The notes under the pieces are model-generated. The model saw only the letters and a list, made by a program, of their open reading frames with translations, had not been told where the DNA came from and did no database searches. Below, piece after piece: positions 51,634 through 62,305 of a stretch of 64,000 bases of DNA. The stretch lies in IMG/VR virus record IMGVR_UViG_3300032246_002821, positions 118,954-182,953 of that record. One strand, given 5' to 3'. Numbering within the stretch: position 1 is the stretch's first letter; every line of letters starts with the position of its first letter. The stretch is from a virus. The translations under genes and the position numbers were made by a program.

Positions 51634-52557
51634 TCAAAGCCTGCCCACTACAACTTCGATCACGCCTGTTTCACCGTCAAAGTTTTCCAATGCTTTACCG
51701 ATCACGCTACCTAGGACTGGATTAGTTTCTGCACGAGCAGTACCATCGCCATTGCTGACCATCATCTGGCCTTGGCGTACTGTGCCTGTTACCTTACAAG
51801 GAACACGACCTGTCAGTGCCAGCTGAACCTGTGTGATATTTTCCAGGCCTGAGTTCATCAAATAGGCTGGAGCAGTGGATACCACACCAGCAACTGCTGT
51901 ACTGGCATCTATAGAACTGATGGTCACTTCACTTTCGCCACCGAAATCCAACACAGTGCCTGGTTCATATTCAGCATCGCTGGTGTAACACTCGGCCAAG
52001 TCGGCGTATTTTGCTGTTGTACTGGTGCCCAGGAAGTTTACTGCATATACGTTGTTCCAGTACGCAGTGGTCGTGCCTAAATTGACACTTGCGTTGCTGA
52101 TAGGCGCCAATGTATTAGTTACTGTGGTATTACCACCAACAAACAAGTTGCTGCCGATACCAACACCACCAGTGACAGTCAATGCGCCTGACGTACTGCT
52201 TGTAGATTGAGTTGTCTGTGATATCCAAGTGTTACCACTTGCGGCTACACGAAAATATTCAGTACCCTGGCTAGTGATACCTACCACACCTGTGCTAGGA
52301 TTGAAAATGCCAGTGTTTTTATCTGCTATCCAGGTATAGGCCGGATCCAAGGGGCCGTCCGTGTCGTTACCGAATATCTGAGCGCCATCTGTGCTGAAAA
52401 ATATGTTACCTAGAAAGTAAACATTGGCAGCAAAGCTGGCAGGCACCGCACCTGTGCTTACGATAGTTCCTGTGGTAGTGATATTACCGTTAGCTGCATC
52501 TATGCTTAGACCGCCTACTTGTAGTCCGTTGTGAATATTAAAATAACTGTTGGCCAT
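51634..52557 (-). CDS. fibre protein with a Peptidase_G2-like autocleaving chaperone domain
   Basis: YADLAECY...EPGTVL...GVVSTAPAYLMN...LTGRVPCKV. Confidence 0.78.
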   Translation of the reverse strand: MANSYFNIHNGLQVGGLSIDAANGNITTTGTIVSTGAVPASFAANVYFLGNIFFSTDGAQIFGNDTDGPLDPAYTWIADKNTGIFNPSTGVVGITSQGTEYFRVAASGNTWISQTTQSTSSTSGALTVTGGVGIGSNLFVGGNTTVTNTLAPISNASVNLGTTTAYWNNVYAVNFLGTSTTAKYADLAECYTSDAEYEPGTVLDFGGESEVTISSIDASTAVAGVVSTAPAYLMNSGLENITQVQLALTGRVPCKVTGTVRQGQMMVSNGDGTARAETNPVLGSVIGKALENFDGETGVIEVVVGRL

Positions 52558-52578
52558 GATTCCATCTCCTCTATGGCA

Positions 52579-54969
52579 TTAAATCGGCATATAAATCTGT
52601 TGTACTTTGGCGAAGCTGGCTACACTGCTGTTGGCATATAGTCTGGCTGTGCTACCGCTGACGTTAGCATAAAAATTACAGAAGCTGACACCGTTGGCGC
52701 TCACCACACCATAAGTTTGCACAGTGGCGTTGCTGTTGCCTGTAACCAGTATTACTTCTGCCATCTGGAAGTTATAGTTGGTGTAATCCTGCATACTGAC
52801 AACATATTTTGCACCACGGAAAACAGTATTATCAAAGCTGTCTATGATGGTGGGAGTATTAGCGGCACAACTGGTGTTGCCTGCTACCGGGCTTATACCG
52901 CCGCCAAAGTAATTGCCGTTGATATTAGCTATGTGCCTGATGAGATTGTTGCTTACTATAGCCACATTGGCTGTGGTACCACCGGTATCGCTCACTTGTA
53001 CATAACTGTTGTTTTGGCTGATACTTGTGACCGAGGCAGTGGTAACGATGCTACGTGCGTCTATGATATCAGTGCTGAGAGGTGCTTCTGTGAACGTTAG
53101 TGTAGTTCCTACCACACTATAAGCTGTGAGAGGTATCTGGATCACACCGTTGATAGCGACAATAGTACCGTTGGTTGTTGTTGACTGGCTAAGAGTGAAA
53201 GCTGTCTGACTACCATTACCTGTGAAGCTATCAGCTGTGATGGTAGTGAACGAACTGCCTGTACCGCTCCAAGCACTGGTTCCACTGTTGTAAAATTCCA
53301 ACTGATTGGATTGATTGTTGTAACGAATCATACCAGCAGCACCAGTAGGACGCTGACCGGTCGTACCAGCTGGGATGATCATGCTATCTGTGCTGTTTAC
53401 TTGTAAGCTAGCACCTGTTGTGATAACACCAGGTGCTACTTTGATGCCCACTTGTCCTGTTGCACCATTGGTTACCAACAGATTTTGATATCCATTGGTC
53501 CAGTTTCCTTGCACTATCAGGTTAGCTGTAAGACCCGAGGGGTTCACGTTCAGATTGCCGTTCACACCCAAATATTTGTTGAGATCCGAACCTGTCAGTG
53601 GGTAAACGTTATTGTTGTACATATTAGGCGCGACAACAGAACTGGTGGCAACGATATTTGCTCCACCATATATGTTACCAGATACACCTGCGCCACCATT
53701 TACAACCAATGCACCTGTTGTTGTGCCAGTGCTACTGATATTGCTGGCAGCAAATATATTTCCACCCACGTTCAAAGTGCCGCTGATGCCAGCACCACCC
53801 GAAACAACCACTGCACCAGTGCTGGTAGTAGTGCTGCTGTTTCCGCTCAGTGCGATCAGGTTTCCTAGCTTTAAAGTGTCGTATATTATGCTTGCGTTGC
53901 CCAGATCCACGGTATTTGTAGGTTCTGTTTTGATATTGCTGAACAGATACCAAGCGTTGTCCAAATGGTTTCTAGTTAAACCAGTGTGGTTATATCCCAC
54001 CACGTTATCTAATTTTTGTGAATAAAAACCGATTTCGTAATTGTAATTGGATTCATCTGCTTGTAGATAAACCAGTGGAGCGTTGACTATAAGTTGATTA
54101 TAACCTATAGATGTTATGTTTGCGACAGTGAGGTTTCCTCTGATGTAGCTGTCGCCGCCTGCGTAAAAACCGCCGGTTATCTGCAGAGCACCTTGGCCAG
54201 AACCATAACTGTTGGCAGTGCCAGTGAGAGTAGCGGTGCTAGCTGTTAAAGCTGCACCAGTATTACCTATGGTACCAGCATTGACTGTGACAGCAGTAAG
54301 GGTGCCGTTGACCTGTGCTGTACCGGTAGTAAGTGTGGTAAAATTACCAGTATTTGCGCTGTTGGCACCGATAGCACCGGTGTGATAACCAATATGTTGG
54401 CCACCGCTGCTGGTTGTAACGCTTGTGGCAACAATGGTATTGGGTGTAGTTGCGCCTATCGTGATATTATCTAATGTACCACCAGTGATGCTGACATTAC
54501 CACTGACCAAATTGGTTACAGTGCTGGTTCCCACAGTGGAGTTATTGACTTTTATTCCATAAGCCTGCAGATTGGCATAGCCACTGTTGTTGATAGCGCC
54601 TAGGGTGCTACCTGCACTGGTTTCCGTGGTATACTGTAGCTGGAATTGTTTGTTACCTTCTTCCCAGACAAACGCTGTATTGGTCTGGTTACCTCTGGCC
54701 ATTACCAGACCCACATCATAACTGGGTGCCCCTGATTGGTTTCTGTTCAATACCAATAGCGGATCAGCTATGACCAGGTTGGTTGCATCCAGTGTCTCAG
54801 TAGTGCCATTGACAGTGAGATTTCCACCTATGACCAAATTACCAGCATAGGTCAAACTGTTGGCCCATAGCCCACCAGTGATACTGTAGGGTACGATCTT
54901 GGTAGCAGCATCTATATCACTGTTATAGACCTGGTTATTTCTTATTCTTGTTAATGCACTACCTACCAT
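52579..54969 (-). CDS. long tail fibre/baseplate-associated structural protein
   Basis: 796 aa, GA(L/V)..GG repeats, GMIRYN, C-terminal IDSF...RGAKY domain; TAAATA at 54990-54995 (minus strand). Confidence 0.8.
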   Translation of the reverse strand: MVGSALTRIRNNQVYNSDIDAATKIVPYSITGGLWANSLTYAGNLVIGGNLTVNGTTETLDATNLVIADPLLVLNRNQSGAPSYDVGLVMARGNQTNTAFVWEEGNKQFQLQYTTETSAGSTLGAINNSGYANLQAYGIKVNNSTVGTSTVTNLVSGNVSITGGTLDNITIGATTPNTIVATSVTTSSGGQHIGYHTGAIGANSANTGNFTTLTTGTAQVNGTLTAVTVNAGTIGNTGAALTASTATLTGTANSYGSGQGALQITGGFYAGGDSYIRGNLTVANITSIGYNQLIVNAPLVYLQADESNYNYEIGFYSQKLDNVVGYNHTGLTRNHLDNAWYLFSNIKTEPTNTVDLGNASIIYDTLKLGNLIALSGNSSTTTSTGAVVVSGGAGISGTLNVGGNIFAASNISSTGTTTGALVVNGGAGVSGNIYGGANIVATSSVVAPNMYNNNVYPLTGSDLNKYLGVNGNLNVNPSGLTANLIVQGNWTNGYQNLLVTNGATGQVGIKVAPGVITTGASLQVNSTDSMIIPAGTTGQRPTGAAGMIRYNNQSNQLEFYNSGTSAWSGTGSSFTTITADSFTGNGSQTAFTLSQSTTTNGTIVAINGVIQIPLTAYSVVGTTLTFTEAPLSTDIIDARSIVTTASVTSISQNNSYVQVSDTGGTTANVAIVSNNLIRHIANINGNYFGGGISPVAGNTSCAANTPTIIDSFDNTVFRGAKYVVSMQDYTNYNFQMAEVILVTGNSNATVQTYGVVSANGVSFCNFYANVSGSTARLYANSSVASFAKVQQIYMPI

Positions 54970-55009
54970 CTGGCAACTCCAATATCAGATATTTATCTGA
55001 CGGAGTGTT

Positions 55010-55348
55010 TTATTGGAGCTCGTAGAGTTGGTCCTCTATCCTCTGTAGGTTATCCAGGATCAGATCGGGATCGTAATCCTCGTGTACGATGGATTCTGCG
55101 TCCAATCTGCCTTCGTTTTCCAATATCATTTTTTTGAATGTCCAGGCTTGTATCAGATGGTCGATCAACTTTGTGTCCGTGATCACATCGCCCGGTTCTA
55201 CCATCCTGGGTTCTGCCGGTTCCACGAAACCTTTGTTAGTATGCCAATGCACACTGCGATATTTGCCAGCCAAACTGGTGCAATCCACAGACAATTTCAA
55301 ATTGTCTATCATCACTTGATTTTCTTCCACTAAAACTATAGCAAACAT
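55010..55348 (-). CDS. tail fibre assembly-like protein
   Basis: 112 aa following the fibre genes. Confidence 0.55.
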   Translation of the reverse strand: MFAIVLVEENQVMIDNLKLSVDCTSLAGKYRSVHWHTNKGFVEPAEPRMVEPGDVITDTKLIDHLIQAWTFKKMILENEGRLDAESIVHEDYDPDLILDNLQRIEDQLYELQ

Positions 55349-55351
55349 TGA

Positions 55352-55900
55352 TTATCCTCTGTATCGTGTGCTGGCATAATAAGTGCTGGAATATACGCCC
55401 AGACTGCTATAAGTGGGGCTCAATCCGGTACCCACATATTTGATCCTGGCTATATTACTCGCAGTACCTGCATAATTGGTACTGCCACCGCTATAATAAC
55501 TGGATGAACTTAAACTAGTACCATCAAAACTAAAATTCCAATAATTGTTTTTACCATTGCCGTTGCTGGTATTCCAGGCTCCGCTGGATGAGGTTCCGTA
55601 AGTCAGTGTAACTTGGTAAGCATTTCCACCGTTATCCCAACCTCCTGTTCCTACGATATCCACATAAAAACAATCGCCTGTGAGAACCTGCGGAAAATAG
55701 GTGGCTGGACTCAAAGAAGTACCACTGGTCAAAGTTACTGCACTTTTTCCATAGAAATCTGTTAATTTCCTATTTGTGTCGGTGTTGTTTCCTATCAGCA
55801 TATCAGCAGGATGACCTACGATATCGAAATTTGTGCTGCTAGATCCTAATTCTGTTCGTATAGCACCTAAACTTATGGCACCGCTGGAAGGTAAAGTCAT
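55352..55900 (-). CDS. small fibre-associated protein
   Basis: MTLPSSGAISLGAIRTELG N-terminal motif typical downstream of S74 fibres. Confidence 0.7.
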   Translation of the reverse strand: MTLPSSGAISLGAIRTELGSSSTNFDIVGHPADMLIGNNTDTNRKLTDFYGKSAVTLTSGTSLSPATYFPQVLTGDCFYVDIVGTGGWDNGGNAYQVTLTYGTSSSGAWNTSNGNGKNNYWNFSFDGTSLSSSSYYSGGSTNYAGTASNIARIKYVGTGLSPTYSSLGVYSSTYYASTRYRG

Positions 55901-57801
55901 AGTTTGCTTTTAACCTCTGCTAATTCCGCACGTAGTTCTTTGATAGCTTCGATCAATAATGGTACTATTTTTTCATAACGTACAGCCAAGTAACCATCAT
56001 CGCGCTGTGTGACTACTTCAGGCAATACTGCCTGGATTTCTTGTGCTATGACTCCAGCTTCAGGTCCAGGACGATTGGTGTCTACCCAATCAAATATCAC
56101 ACCATTGATCTGTCCTACTTTGTCCAGGGCACTCGGGATATTAGTTATGTTTGTTTTTAAACGTCTGTCTGAACTGTAATAAGCTATAACATCGCCAGTT
56201 GCGTTGATATTTCCAGTCACACTAAGAGTATTTGCGCTGTAAGTTAGATAAGCATTTCCTATAAGGGTCTGTGTGCTATCATAAACACCCACTTGACCCG
56301 CGCTGCTGTTTTTGACCACTGTATTATAGACATTGACGGTAGCCCAGTTTAGATTGCCTGCTCCATCTGTGGCTAGATACTGACCGTTAGTGCCTCCACC
56401 GATATGAACATTGCTGTTTGCGCCCACATAGACGTTGGAACCGTAGAAAAAGCTGTTTCCTGTCACAGTCAATGCAGTAAGCGTACCTACGGTATTGATA
56501 CTGGGTTGGCTATTGGTGGTCAGTGTACCAGTGACGTTAGTGGTCGTGACGTTTCCTGCACCAACCGTGCCTGTGACACTCAGGCTTGTCAGTGTGCCTA
56601 GTGTATTGATGAAAGGCTGGCTATTGGTTATCAGCGTACCAGTGTACTGTGTGCCAGTATTGCCCACGTTTCTTACCAGTAAGCTGGAAGCAGCAACATT
56701 GCTGCTCACGTTGATATAAGGGGCATTGATATTGCCGGAAAAATTATTGGTGCTGCCACCAGTATTGATATTGCCACCGATGCCCACACCACCCACTACT
56801 TGCAGAGCGCCTGTAGTGGTGTTATAACTGGGATTACTACCGGTGATTCGTAAAGTCGTGCTGCCGTTGGTCAAGCTGATATTACCAGCAACGATAAGAT
56901 CATAATTTACGACTGTAGCTGTGTTCCCCAAAATTTCCAATATACTCAGGGGACTGCCGCCACTGTATGTTCTCAGTTTGGTATTACCCAGGTTAGTGGT
57001 GTTGTCTATGAGGAAATCATTTGTCAGGTAGTTGAGCTGACCTTTATTTGTCGCACCCACATACAAGCCCTGATTATTCAGTATGCTCAGAGTACCAGTC
57101 ATCGTCTGGTTGCCCTGATTTTGCAGATAATAGGCAGCAGCTACCCCACCCAGCTGGGCACTGTCGTTGGCCTGGCCCCAGAGTCTGCTGTTGGTCAAAG
57201 TTGCGCTGTTTATCAAATTCAAACCTGGACTTAGTGTGGGGAATCCTGGGATAGTAGTGGGAGCGATAGGAGTGATGGTGCTAGCCAGTGGGCTTATAAT
57301 CACATAATCCACATTGTTGACCTGCAAACTCAACACGCTGGTGCTGCCACCACTGTAATTGATGGTGCGGCTTCTTGCTTGTGCTGTACCACTAAGAGGA
57401 CCGATAGGAACCCATCCCGCAGCCAACCCACCATAGCAATTCAAAATGCTATTTGTTGTATCCCACCATAGATCGCCTATGGTGCTTGTAGTGGTGCTGG
57501 GTCCTGGAAAAGCGGCGCTGGTGGCACTACCTATATTTTTAAAATTGTTGTTGTCATAACAAACCTGTAAAACACCATTGCCGATGCTGGTATTATACCA
57601 AAGTTGGCCAGTTACTGGATTGGTTGGTTTGGTCCCATTGGCAAAATTTTCCAACATATAAAGGAAATTTTGATTCAAGAAACTACCATAATTGGGATAG
57701 TTTCTTCCCACGAGGGTTAAACTTGTGCTGGTGTTTTTCTGACCATCGGCGATAACTATGGGTTGTACTGTACCGCTACTATGGTAAATTGTATATGACA
57801 T
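55897..57801 (-). CDS. baseplate/tail fibre protein with a Peptidase S74 intramolecular chaperone
   Basis: LTLVGRNY..YG...NQNF.YMLENFA N-terminus; SDRRLKTNI...GVIAQEIQ.VLPEVV...VRYEKIVPLLIEAIKEL; TAAATA at 57824-57829 (minus strand). Confidence 0.85.
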   Translation of the reverse strand: MSYTIYHSSGTVQPIVIADGQKNTSTSLTLVGRNYPNYGSFLNQNFLYMLENFANGTKPTNPVTGQLWYNTSIGNGVLQVCYDNNNFKNIGSATSAAFPGPSTTTSTIGDLWWDTTNSILNCYGGLAAGWVPIGPLSGTAQARSRTINYSGGSTSVLSLQVNNVDYVIISPLASTITPIAPTTIPGFPTLSPGLNLINSATLTNSRLWGQANDSAQLGGVAAAYYLQNQGNQTMTGTLSILNNQGLYVGATNKGQLNYLTNDFLIDNTTNLGNTKLRTYSGGSPLSILEILGNTATVVNYDLIVAGNISLTNGSTTLRITGSNPSYNTTTGALQVVGGVGIGGNINTGGSTNNFSGNINAPYINVSSNVAASSLLVRNVGNTGTQYTGTLITNSQPFINTLGTLTSLSVTGTVGAGNVTTTNVTGTLTTNSQPSINTVGTLTALTVTGNSFFYGSNVYVGANSNVHIGGGTNGQYLATDGAGNLNWATVNVYNTVVKNSSAGQVGVYDSTQTLIGNAYLTYSANTLSVTGNINATGDVIAYYSSDRRLKTNITNIPSALDKVGQINGVIFDWVDTNRPGPEAGVIAQEIQAVLPEVVTQRDDGYLAVRYEKIVPLLIEAIKELRAELAEVKSKL

Positions 57802-57847
57802 TAGGGCCTGCTCCTAGACCCGGTATTTATGCGTTTTGCGGTAAAGA

Positions 57848-59542
57848 TTAGACAGTGATATATGTCTGGGATACACGCACATTGCTGTTATTGTAGGCGG
57901 TCGTGGCATATAAACCCACATTTCCGCTGTTTACATTGGCTGTCAATGTGACCAAACTGTTGCCCATAGTCTGTACAGCATAGGTGGTGATGACCGCATT
58001 ACTGCCATTTTGGGTTACCAGTGCTTCCATGCTCTGATAATCGTTGGTTGTTGTGTTGCTGATGCTCAGGATATATTTGGCTGTCCTATAGACACTTGTG
58101 CTGAAAGTATCTATCAATGTAGTGCCGCTGTTGATGATGGAAGAATTTGGATTGCTAGCAAATGCTGTGTTGAGAGTGAAAACATTGCTGTTGAGAGTGG
58201 CGGTGATCAAGCTGTCGTTGGTAAATCTGGTTGTTCCCTGGGCATAGGGAAATGTAAGATCTATGCTGTTGAAACCATTGCTTATAACGCCCAGATGGCT
58301 AGCAGCACTGAAAGTCCTGGCTTCGATTATGTCGGTTGTCAGCGGTGTTTCTGTAAGAGTAAGCAAATTACCAGCCACACTATAACTGGTGGTGGGTATC
58401 TGGACCACACCATTTATAGTTACCAATGTACCCTGTGTGGTATTGTTTTGGCTGAGAGTATATGTGGTTCCTGAACCATTAGGATAGAAAATATCGCTGG
58501 TGACGATAGTCTGCGCTCCGCCTTCCAGACCCACCGCTTCCCAAGTATTGCCTGTATATACTTCCAAATATCCGTAAGTGGCGTTCCATCTTATCATACC
58601 GCTTTGGGGAGTGACTGGATATTGAGTATTGGTGCCTGTGGGTACTTGCAAAGCAGTGGTGCTATTAACATAAACAACACCATTGGAACCGGGTGTTATA
58701 CTGATGTTGGCATTGGTACCGGTGCTGAATATGTTGCTGGTATAGACATTGCCCACAGTTTTACCATTGAAAAATGTTGCAGTGACGTTACCGTTGGGCA
58801 CATTCACATTGCCGTTGTTAGTTGTTATGTTTCCGTTGGCAGTAATGGTGCCGTTAGCTGCTATTATGTTGGTATTTGCGGTTATATTTCCGGAAAATAC
58901 AGCACTACCGTTGGCAGCAACGTTGGTAGCTGTGATATTAGCGTTGAAAGCTACAGTGTTGCTGAAGGTGATGGGACTAAGGAAATTGGATATTCCGGTT
59001 TGACCTGTGTATCTGGCTCCTACCGCATAAACTACGTTACCTGTGCTGCCATTCCAAGTTACCGCGGTTGGCACATTGGTGTCGGCAAAGTTGATCAATC
59101 CACTCTGATAATCGAAGAACCAGCTGTCGCTGTTACCACTACCAGCTTGAGGCAAGCTCACACCATAGGTTTGGGGTGCGCTGTTGCCACTGGGTGCTGC
59201 ATATAATTTTAGCTGATATCCCGAACCGTATTGAGTGGGTATCCAGTTAGTCAGATTGGTAGCCCAGGTCTGGTTTGTTGTGCTTTCTGCCAGATTAACT
59301 GTTTGGACACTGGTGCTTAATGTATCGCTGTATACTGTTACTACTGCACTATTGCTGGTAGGCAAAACAGTGACACTGGGAATCAAAAAATCCTGTTGCC
59401 AGATTGTCACGCCAGGACTGAGCAAGGGACTGGCATTTGCTTCGTTACTGGGACTTTTTGCCGTGCTGACGTCGGTTTTGGCAACACCATAACCGATTTT
59501 CTTGAGCAAATAATCAACTATCTGTGTCTGTGAAATGGCCAT
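57848..59542 (-). CDS. structural protein
   Basis: 564 aa; shares the C-terminal IDTF..YRTAKY domain with 52579..54969. Confidence 0.78.
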   Translation of the reverse strand: MAISQTQIVDYLLKKIGYGVAKTDVSTAKSPSNEANASPLLSPGVTIWQQDFLIPSVTVLPTSNSAVVTVYSDTLSTSVQTVNLAESTTNQTWATNLTNWIPTQYGSGYQLKLYAAPSGNSAPQTYGVSLPQAGSGNSDSWFFDYQSGLINFADTNVPTAVTWNGSTGNVVYAVGARYTGQTGISNFLSPITFSNTVAFNANITATNVAANGSAVFSGNITANTNIIAANGTITANGNITTNNGNVNVPNGNVTATFFNGKTVGNVYTSNIFSTGTNANISITPGSNGVVYVNSTTALQVPTGTNTQYPVTPQSGMIRWNATYGYLEVYTGNTWEAVGLEGGAQTIVTSDIFYPNGSGTTYTLSQNNTTQGTLVTINGVVQIPTTSYSVAGNLLTLTETPLTTDIIEARTFSAASHLGVISNGFNSIDLTFPYAQGTTRFTNDSLITATLNSNVFTLNTAFASNPNSSIINSGTTLIDTFSTSVYRTAKYILSISNTTTNDYQSMEALVTQNGSNAVITTYAVQTMGNSLVTLTANVNSGNVGLYATTAYNNSNVRVSQTYITV

Positions 59543-61548
59543 TAGTTAGTTGCCGCCTGTATGCTTAGTGCGGTTAAACTCTGAGCACTCGTCAGTTTGA
59601 CCCTGACATAGATTTCGTTGCCTATGTTACCGGCACTACTGGTATTTACAGTACCGAATGTTGCTGTGTAACTGCCACTACTTACCAAAGATCCTATGAC
59701 TGCTGTACCACCTACTGCACAGCCGTTGCTGCCGTTGCCGCCAGCACCAGTATTTGCTCCTGGAATACCGCTACCTGCATAAGCTGTGCTCATGCTGTAC
59801 CAGCCATTGAGTGTGCTGTAAGTGGGACTTATCCCTGGCAATGCTACCCATAGACCTGCTATGGTGCCGCTGTATAGGATGTTGAATTTGGCTACCGCAG
59901 TCTTGGCGAATTTGAATGTATAATATTGTGCTGCACCCTGACCTGACAGATTAGGTCCCACAGGCTGATAACCTGTGCTGTAATTGGTCTGATCGAATTT
60001 CAATACTGCTGCCACTATAGTAGCATCAGTGGTGTAAAAAGGTCCTGTCTGGCTGTTAAAAGCACTTTCGCTGCCAGTGAAGGCAGGGGTGTCGCTGGCT
60101 GTTCCGGCATCAGGATTCACTATGCGAAAAGTGCTGGGAGCACCAGTAAGAGCATTGGTCATACTGGATTCTTCTATCTGTGTGCTGGTGCCGTTCTTAT
60201 ACAACACGGTCAAACCAGGGCTGAAAGTATTGCTGGCACTGCTGTAACTGTTGAACACCGTCATACTGGGACCGGTACTGCTGCTACCGAAACCCGAAGC
60301 AGTGCCGCTGGCAGTGGTCGTAAAATAAGCACTGCCTGATGTCACATAAGCATTTCGTATCAATGGTGTGGTCACGCCAGCTTGTGTATAGGTCACACTG
60401 GTGGGTGTCTGCATAGCACCACCGGCTGAACCTGTTATGAACGTGTCACTGGTGTAATATGTATCACCACTCAATTTGGCCACATTGCCTACCAGACGCC
60501 ATACACTACTGCTGTTCAAATGTGGCACTGTGCTGCTGAAAGTGGTGCTGTTGGTTGTTAGACTGATGCTGGTGTTGCTCCAAGTGGGAGCGCCGACATT
60601 GTTGATATCATAATACCAAGTGGCAGTGTTTGTGCTGGATCCTGCGCTGTCCGTGATGGATATACGATTCCATCCTGCTGTTGCGTTGGATCCGCTGCCC
60701 TGGGCACTGAAACTGCTCCAGAAACCCCCGCTGCCACCGCTCAATGCGCTGTAGTCTTGATTACTGGTGATGATCAGATGACCATACGTGCCATTGTTGT
60801 TATTGCCAGGAGCCATCACACGATAACCGGTGGCGACGCCGTTTACTATCACTTGCACGTTGCCGCTGTCGCCAGGACCCTGGCGTGTGAATGTGTTGGT
60901 AGTGATAGTGGCTGCACGGATACCAGTGGTTAAACTAGTTCCACCTGCTACACTCAAATTGGCCCATCCACTGTTGTCCGTCTGTGTGAAATTGGTCATA
61001 CGACCCAGTGTGCTCAAGCCCGACAAGCTCAATGCACTGCCGTTGGGAAAATTACCTGGACTAGGTGGCACTAGTTTTCCTAATACAGCGTTCAGCAGGC
61101 TCAAGCCGTCGGTCACAGTGGTCGTAGTGGTCAAAGTGACTGCATTGCTTACCAGTGCTCCGCTGCTATTAGGACCCAATAATATCAGGTTTCCATACAG
61201 ATCGCTGACGATAGTGCTGTCTACATAGTTCTTGGTAGCTACATCTTGGGCATAGATGGGATCTACAACATCTGTGATCCTGAGACTACTGGCGCTGATA
61301 TTACCTGACAGAGTTTTGAGATATAAATTGCCTGATAAGCTGGTTAGATTGCTGTTGACGATGTAGATATTGCTGGCAGTGACGCTGCCGTTGACCGTCA
61401 GAGCGTTACCAGGCGTGGTGTTGTTGATACCCACGCGACGATTGTTCACATCGAAATATACGAGATTGCTGTCAAGGATGAGATCTGTGCCATTACGGAC
61501 AAGATTGTCCTTGAGCATAGTACCAGCGACTTTTCCTAAAATGGCCAT
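59542..61548 (-). CDS. structural protein
   Basis: 668 aa, S/T/G-rich; TAAATA at 61567-61572 (minus strand). Confidence 0.78.
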   Translation of the reverse strand: MAILGKVAGTMLKDNLVRNGTDLILDSNLVYFDVNNRRVGINNTTPGNALTVNGSVTASNIYIVNSNLTSLSGNLYLKTLSGNISASSLRITDVVDPIYAQDVATKNYVDSTIVSDLYGNLILLGPNSSGALVSNAVTLTTTTTVTDGLSLLNAVLGKLVPPSPGNFPNGSALSLSGLSTLGRMTNFTQTDNSGWANLSVAGGTSLTTGIRAATITTNTFTRQGPGDSGNVQVIVNGVATGYRVMAPGNNNNGTYGHLIITSNQDYSALSGGSGGFWSSFSAQGSGSNATAGWNRISITDSAGSSTNTATWYYDINNVGAPTWSNTSISLTTNSTTFSSTVPHLNSSSVWRLVGNVAKLSGDTYYTSDTFITGSAGGAMQTPTSVTYTQAGVTTPLIRNAYVTSGSAYFTTTASGTASGFGSSSTGPSMTVFNSYSSASNTFSPGLTVLYKNGTSTQIEESSMTNALTGAPSTFRIVNPDAGTASDTPAFTGSESAFNSQTGPFYTTDATIVAAVLKFDQTNYSTGYQPVGPNLSGQGAAQYYTFKFAKTAVAKFNILYSGTIAGLWVALPGISPTYSTLNGWYSMSTAYAGSGIPGANTGAGGNGSNGCAVGGTAVIGSLVSSGSYTATFGTVNTSSAGNIGNEIYVRVKLTSAQSLTALSIQAATN

Positions 61549-61580
61549 TTAAACTTCCTACGGAAGTATTTATTGCTGAT

Positions 61581-61988
61581 TTAATTTGCGTCGGTGGAAT
61601 TAAATTTGTGGAAAACAACCACAGTCTGACCGCTGGGCGGAGGATTACTGAAAGTTATATTAGCACCGGCCAGAGTGAAGGCATCATCGGGATTCTGCGC
61701 CACGTTGCCTACGAATACCAGGATACTGGTGCTGCTGGGAGGAATATAACTCAGCGTGAACAGCGTGGTCGTACCATCCCCAGTGAATGTGTCTTTGGGT
61801 ATGGTCACGTTGCCGTTGATAGCGATCTGTTGCCAAGCATTGTAGTAGATCTCGAATCTTTGCACATCGGTGTTGAATCTTATCTGTCCATTCACAGGAG
61901 CAGCAGGTCTATCAGCTGTGGATCCGATGGGCAACTGGATCGCACTGCTTCCTGTCTTGATAAAATCGTTTTTAAGTAATCTGGCCAT
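61581..61988 (-). CDS. small structural protein
   Basis: PIGSTADRP...GQIRFNT module shared with 52579 and 57848. Confidence 0.75.
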   Translation of the reverse strand: MARLLKNDFIKTGSSAIQLPIGSTADRPAAPVNGQIRFNTDVQRFEIYYNAWQQIAINGNVTIPKDTFTGDGTTTLFTLSYIPPSSTSILVFVGNVAQNPDDAFTLAGANITFSNPPPSGQTVVVFHKFNSTDAN

Positions 61989-62296
61989 TAGAGACTGATA
62001 TATCCTACGGTTGCAGTGATACTTGTCGCAGCATTGGCATTTGCATAGATGGCATCGCCGTTGCTGAGAATGATCTTTTCTGTGGCTACTACCAGGGTAT
62101 CGCTGCTGGTGATAGCATAATTGCTGTATACTATAGTGCTATTTCCAGCAAAGCCGCCGCTGGGAACCACATATAGATTGACGGTTTTTGTAGATCCACT
62201 AGTGTTGCAGAAGTACAATAGCTGCACAACACTCTGACCACTGCTGGTATAGATCGCACTAGCTGATGTTCCTAGTATTGAATTACTTACTGCCAT
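61988..62296 (-). CDS. small beta-rich structural protein
   Basis: EKIILSNGDAI motif. Confidence 0.72.
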   Translation of the reverse strand: MAVSNSILGTSASAIYTSSGQSVVQLLYFCNTSGSTKTVNLYVVPSGGFAGNSTIVYSNYAITSSDTLVVATEKIILSNGDAIYANANAATSITATVGYISL

Positions 62297-62305
62297 TATC
62301 GTTCC

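Noticed and set aside
51634-57801. Peptidase S74 and G2 chaperone domains as novel
   Set aside because: These are well-known autocleaving fibre chaperones.
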